From positions 8,310,001 through 8,374,000 of the forward strand of contig NC_086101.1 in the NCBI RefSeq assembly GCF_963921235.1: a DNA stretch of 64,000 nucleotides, written 5' to 3'. Origin of the DNA: Mobula hypostoma. Taxonomy: Eukaryota. Positions within the stretch are counted from its first letter, which is position 1; each line of letters opens with the position of its first letter. The notes beneath the pieces are model-generated. The model did not search any database and was not told the DNA's origin. It saw only the letters and a list, made by a program, of their open reading frames with translations. This document shows, one piece after another, positions 59,531 through 64,000 of the stretch. The translations under genes and the position numbers were made by a program.

Positions 59531-60350
59531 TCCAGAGGACTGGCAAATTATCAATATCTCTTCACTCTTCAGGAGGGGAGGGAGGCAGAAGAAAGGAAAT
59601 TATCGGATAGTTATCCTGACCTCAGTGGTTAGGAAGATGTTGAAGTTGATTGTTAAGGATGAAGTTTCAGGGTAGTTGGAAGCACATGATAAAATAGGCT
59701 GTAGTAGGCATGGTTTCCTCAAGGGAAAGTCTTGCCTGACAAACCTGTTGGAATTCTTTGAGGAAGTAACAGGCAAGATAGTCAAGGGAGAATCAGTGGA
59801 TGCTGTGAACTGCATTTTCAGAAGGCCTTTGACAAGCTGCCAGACATGAGGCTACTCAACAAAATAAAAGCTCATGGTATTACAAGAAATATACTAGCAT
59901 GGAGAGAGCAGTGGCTGATTGGCAGGAGGCAAAAAATGGGAATAAATGGGGCCTCTCTGGTTGTCTGCTGGTAACTATTGGTGTTCTGCAGGGGTCGGTG
60001 TTGGGACCAACTCTTTTATGTTGTACGTCATTGATCTGGAAGGTGGCATTGATGGCTTTCTGGGCAAGTATGCAGATGAGACAAGGATAGGTGGAGGGCA
60101 GGTAATGTTGAGGAAGCAGGGAGAACGCAGCAGGACTTAGATTAAAAGAATGTGGCAGAAGGAACGTCGTGCACTTTGGTAGAAGAAATGAAAGGGCAAA
60201 CTGTTTTCTAAACAGGAAGAAAATTCATAAATCTGATGTGCAAAGGTCCTCATGTGGTATTTCCTAAAGGTTAACTTACAGGTTGGGTCAATGGTGAGGA
60301 AAGGAAATGTAAGTATTCTTTTCAAGAGAACTAGAATATAAAAACAAGGA
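59531..60350 (+). mobile_element. Old CR1 RT fragment
   Basis: Degenerate [17 protein letters not shown] and GVLQGSVLGP. Confidence 0.8.
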
Positions 60351-60354
60351 TACG

Positions 60355-60900
60355 AATGTCAGTCCATAGCCTCCTCCACTGGTGCAATGAGGCCACACTC
60401 AGGTTGGAAGAGCAACACCCTATATTCCATCTGGGTTGCCTCCAACCTGATGGCATGAACATTGATTTCTTGAACATCCGGTAATGGCCCTCCCTCTTAT
60501 TCGTCATTTCTCATTCCCATTTCTCTCTCTCTCACCTGATCTCCTTACCTGCCCATCACCTCCCTCTAGTGCTGCTCCCCCTTCCCTGTCTTCCATTGGC
60601 TTTTGTCTTCTCATATCAGTTTCCCCCTTCTCCAGCCCTTTACCTCTTTCACCAATCGCCTTCCCAGCTCTTTACTTTGCACCTCCCCCCTCCTGGTTTC
60701 GCCTATCACCTGTACCTTCGATTTCTTCCTCCCCTTCTCCCCACCCTTTTCCTCTGACTTCTCATCTTTCCTCTCCAGTTCTGCTGAAGAGTCTCAGCCT
60801 GAAACATCGACTGTTTACTCTTTTCCATAGATGCTGCCTGGCCTGCTGAGTTCCTCCAGCATTTTGAGTGTGTTGCTTGGATTTCCAGCAGACTTTCTCT
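60355..60900 (+). mobile_element. Old Penelope-like element 3' end
   Basis: ATLRLEEQH.IFHLG.LQPDGMNIDF plus terminal repeat with decayed hammerhead at about 60777-60812. Confidence 0.8.
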
Positions 60901-61009
60901 CATTTACAAGGCACTGGCGAGTCCTCACTTAGAGTATTGTGAAGAGTTTTGGGCTCCTTATCTAAGAAAGGATGTGTTACTATTGTCTGGTTAGCTGGCT
61001 AGTACCTGC

Positions 61010-61382
61010 TTATCAGTCTGTATTTGCAGGATCTTAGCTCTGTCGTTCTCCACTACCTTCTCAGGTGTCTCCCATTTGGACTTGAGAGTGTCCAATCCAT
61101 ACTCAGCGAGAACATTCCTGCAACTTGGTTGTGCCTTTCAGTGTATGCTGTCCCTGTCTGCATCTCGCACCCTGCTGCTACGTGCTGGATGGTTTCAGCA
61201 GATTCCTTGCACCATCTGCATCTTGGGCCTTGCCTGGTGTGACAGACTCCTGCTTCTATTGCTCTTGTGCTCTCTGCCTGTTCTTGTGCAGCCATGAGAA
61301 GTGTCTCTGTGCTGTCCCTCAAGCCTGCCATTTCCAGCCATTGGCAGGACTTTCTTATGTCAGCCACCTCTGATATCTGGCA
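61010..61382 (-). mobile_element. R4/Dong-type (restriction-like endonuclease) non-LTR fragment
   Basis: QWLEMAGLRDSTETLLMAAQEQA..TR...CRWCKESAETIQHVAAGC...YTERHNQVAG (CCHC + RH motif of RLE elements). Confidence 0.8.
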
Positions 61383-64000
61383 ACCTTTTGTGATTTTTAT
61401 TCTTCTTTATATCAATCAGAGTCTCCTCGAGATTCTAAATATATGAATGATTTTTTAGATAAGTTAGACTTTCCTCAGATTTCACAGGATATGTCTTCTT
61501 TATTAGATACTTCCATTACAATGGATGAGATTAAGAATGTTATTTTTTCTATGAATCTGGGGAAAGCTCCTGGCCCTGATGGGTTTACCGTTGAATTTTA
61601 TAAATGTTTTGCTTCTTTATTGATTCCTTGGCTCTATAAGGTTTTTGAGGCTTCTTTGAAACTTGGTAAACTTCCGGAATCTTTTAATAGAGCATCAATT
61701 TCTTTAATACTAAAGAAGGATAAAGACCCTGCTCAATGTGCATCTTATAGACCAATATCTTTATTAAATGTTGATTCTAAAGTTTTTTCTAAGTTATTAG
61801 CAAATAGACTAGAAAAAGTACTTCCTTCTATTATTTCGGAAGACCAAACGGGTTTTATTAAAGGTCGTTACTCTTTTTATAATATTCGTACATTGTTAAA
61901 TATCGTTTATACTCCCTCACAAAATGTTCCTGAGTGTGTTATTTCTTTAGATGCCGAGAAAGCTTTTGATAGAGTAGAATGGCCTTATTTATTTAAGGTG
62001 CTTGAAATGTTTAATTTTAGCTTGAAATTTATATCCTGGATTAAACTGTTATATCACTCCCCCGTAGCCTCGGTTCGTACTAACTCTTTAAACTCACCTT
62101 TTTTTCCTCTCCTTCGTGGTACTCGACAAGGCTGTCCTCTTAGTCCCCTATTATTTGATATTGCATTAGAACCTCTTGCAATTGCTATTCGAGAATCTTC
62201 AAATATTACTGGGATAACTCGGGGATTAAAGTCCCATAAATTATCACTCTATGCTGATGATTTACTTTTATATATTTCTAATCCTGAGAGATCTATTCCT
62301 GGTGTTTTAGAGTTATTAGCACAATTTGGTCTTTTCTCAGGTTATAAATTAAATCTTAGTAAGAGTGAACTTTTTCCGATTAATAAACATCTTCCCTTAT
62401 ATTATAAATTTCCATTTAAATTGATTAATAATTACCTTTCATATCTTGGGATTAAAATTACTTGTAAACATAAAGATTTATTTAAGACTAACTTTTTACC
62501 ATTAATAGACCATATTACTCAACTTTCATCTAAATGGTTTCCCTTATATTTAACTTTGATTGGTCGTATTAATGCAGTTAAGATGTTTTTTTTGCCAAAA
62601 TTTTTATATGTGTTTCAGGCATTACCAATTTTCGTTCCTAAATCTTTTTTTGATAAAGTCGACTCTAAAATTTCTTCATTTATTTGGCAGAATAAGAATC
62701 CGAGACTGGGTAAAATACATTTACAGAAAGCTAAGAGAGATAGAGGTTTAGCATTACCTAACTTTAGATTTTATTATTGGGCTATTAATATTCGACATAT
62801 GAAATTTTGGTTACTTGACCGGGATATACTATCTATTCCTAAATGGGTAGCATTGGAATTACAATCTGTTCAGGGTTATACACTTGGTTCTATTTTAGGT
62901 TCATCTCTTCCTTTTGATTCGAAACGCCTTAAGCAGGTCTCTAACCCGATCGTTAAATATGCTTTGCGTATTTGGTTTCAATTCAGAAAATTTTTTGATC
63001 TTAATCAATTCGGGTTAGCGATTCCTATTTTAGGTAACATATTTTTTCCTCCCTCTTTTACGGATCGCGCTTTTCAAACTTGGAAGACTAAGGGTATTTT
63101 ACGGTTTTTGGATTTATTTTTAGATGGTTCCCTTATGTCTTTTGAACAATTATCTAATAAATATAACTTATCAAGAATACATTTTTTTAGATATTTACAA
63201 GTTAGAAATTTCCTAAGTACTATACTTTCTTCCTTTCCAATGCTTCCTCCTATATATATTTTAGATTCGATAATTAACCTTAATCCATGTCAGAAAGGTG
63301 CATTGGCTATGATTTATAATATTATTATGAAACTTAGGAAAGCTCCATTTGATAAGATTAGGGTAGATTGGGAACAGGAATTGGGGCTTACCATTTCTGT
63401 GGATGATTGGGGGCAGATTTTACAATTAGTTAATACTTCCTCTATTTGTGCTAAACATTCCCTAATTCAATTTAAAGTGGTGCATAGAGCACATATGTCC
63501 AAAGATAAGTTAGCGCGTTTTTACTCGCATATTAATCCTTTCTGTGATAGATGTTCGGGGCAGATAGCCTCTTTAACTCATATGTTTTGGTCTTGCCCTA
63601 CTTTGGAAACTTTTTGGAGAGATATTTTCAATATTATTTCTAAGGTATTAAATATAGATATCTCTCCTCACCCTATTACTGCTATCTTTGGACTACCTAA
63701 AATTTCTAGTAATCTTTCCCCTTCAGCCCGTAGAATGATTGCATTTCTTACTTTAATGGCGAAAAGATGTATTTTACAACATTGGAAAGAGCTTAATGCT
63801 CCAACTACCTTTTTTTGGTTTTCTCAGACGATTTTATGTTTGAATCTGGAGAAAATTAGAAGTAACCTTTATGATTCTTCATTTAAATTTGAACAGATTT
63901 GGGGACCTTTTATTCGATATTTTCATTTAATGTAATATTTACCCTTCTTGTTTTTTTTCACCGTTTTAATGGAGGTCGGGATTGAGGACGTGATTTTAAG
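61383..64000 (+). mobile_element. Young 5'-truncated L1-clade LINE, running off the window in its 3' UTR
   Basis: Frame is open from about 61383 (FCDFYSSLYQS) to the stop at 63935; it interrupts the R4/Dong fragment. Confidence 0.93.
61443..63935 (+). CDS. L1 ORF2 reverse transcriptase + C-terminal CCHC domain (endonuclease missing)
   Basis: KAPGPDGF, YRPISLLN, SLDAEKAFDRVEW, GTRQGCPLSPLLF, LYADD, YLGI, CDRC...HMFWSC; 830 aa without a stop. Confidence 0.9.
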   Translation: MNDFLDKLDFPQISQDMSSLLDTSITMDEIKNVIFSMNLGKAPGPDGFTVEFYKCFASLLIPWLYKVFEASLKLGKLPESFNRASISLILKKDKDPAQCASYRPISLLNVDSKVFSKLLANRLEKVLPSIISEDQTGFIKGRYSFYNIRTLLNIVYTPSQNVPECVISLDAEKAFDRVEWPYLFKVLEMFNFSLKFISWIKLLYHSPVASVRTNSLNSPFFPLLRGTRQGCPLSPLLFDIALEPLAIAIRESSNITGITRGLKSHKLSLYADDLLLYISNPERSIPGVLELLAQFGLFSGYKLNLSKSELFPINKHLPLYYKFPFKLINNYLSYLGIKITCKHKDLFKTNFLPLIDHITQLSSKWFPLYLTLIGRINAVKMFFLPKFLYVFQALPIFVPKSFFDKVDSKISSFIWQNKNPRLGKIHLQKAKRDRGLALPNFRFYYWAINIRHMKFWLLDRDILSIPKWVALELQSVQGYTLGSILGSSLPFDSKRLKQVSNPIVKYALRIWFQFRKFFDLNQFGLAIPILGNIFFPPSFTDRAFQTWKTKGILRFLDLFLDGSLMSFEQLSNKYNLSRIHFFRYLQVRNFLSTILSSFPMLPPIYILDSIINLNPCQKGALAMIYNIIMKLRKAPFDKIRVDWEQELGLTISVDDWGQILQLVNTSSICAKHSLIQFKVVHRAHMSKDKLARFYSHINPFCDRCSGQIASLTHMFWSCPTLETFWRDIFNIISKVLNIDISPHPITAIFGLPKISSNLSPSARRMIAFLTLMAKRCILQHWKELNAPTTFFWFSQTILCLNLEKIRSNLYDSSFKFEQIWGPFIRYFHLM

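Overview
This is a eukaryotic (vertebrate) window. The repeat complement suggests a cartilaginous fish, probably a ray or other batoid (inference). It consists almost entirely of decayed and nested transposable elements: several CR1 LINE subfamilies, Rex1/Babar, L1, R4/Dong and RTE-derived non-autonomous elements, Penelope-like elements (PLEs), V-SINEs, a Tc1 remnant, one internally deleted Gypsy LTR element and many simple repeats. No host protein-coding exon could be recognised. Several unique, partly CpG-rich islands (about 7.0-8.0, 15.6-16.5, 28.0-28.5 and 50.7-50.9 kb) look like promoters or non-coding first exons, probably of a minus-strand gene. The most interesting signals are RNA-structural. 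(1) Two short RTE-derived elements begin at the predicted cleavage site of a twister-like ribozyme (39636, 48151). (2) Minimal hammerhead ribozyme motifs sit in PLE termini, including short hairpin 'mini-PLEs' flanked by 10-17 bp target-site duplications (TSDs). (3) The Gypsy element has no tRNA primer-binding site and instead carries a perfect 15-nt complement to its own LTR, suggesting self-priming. All calls come from reading the sequence by eye; family names come from recalled motifs, not database searches, and most boundaries are approximate.
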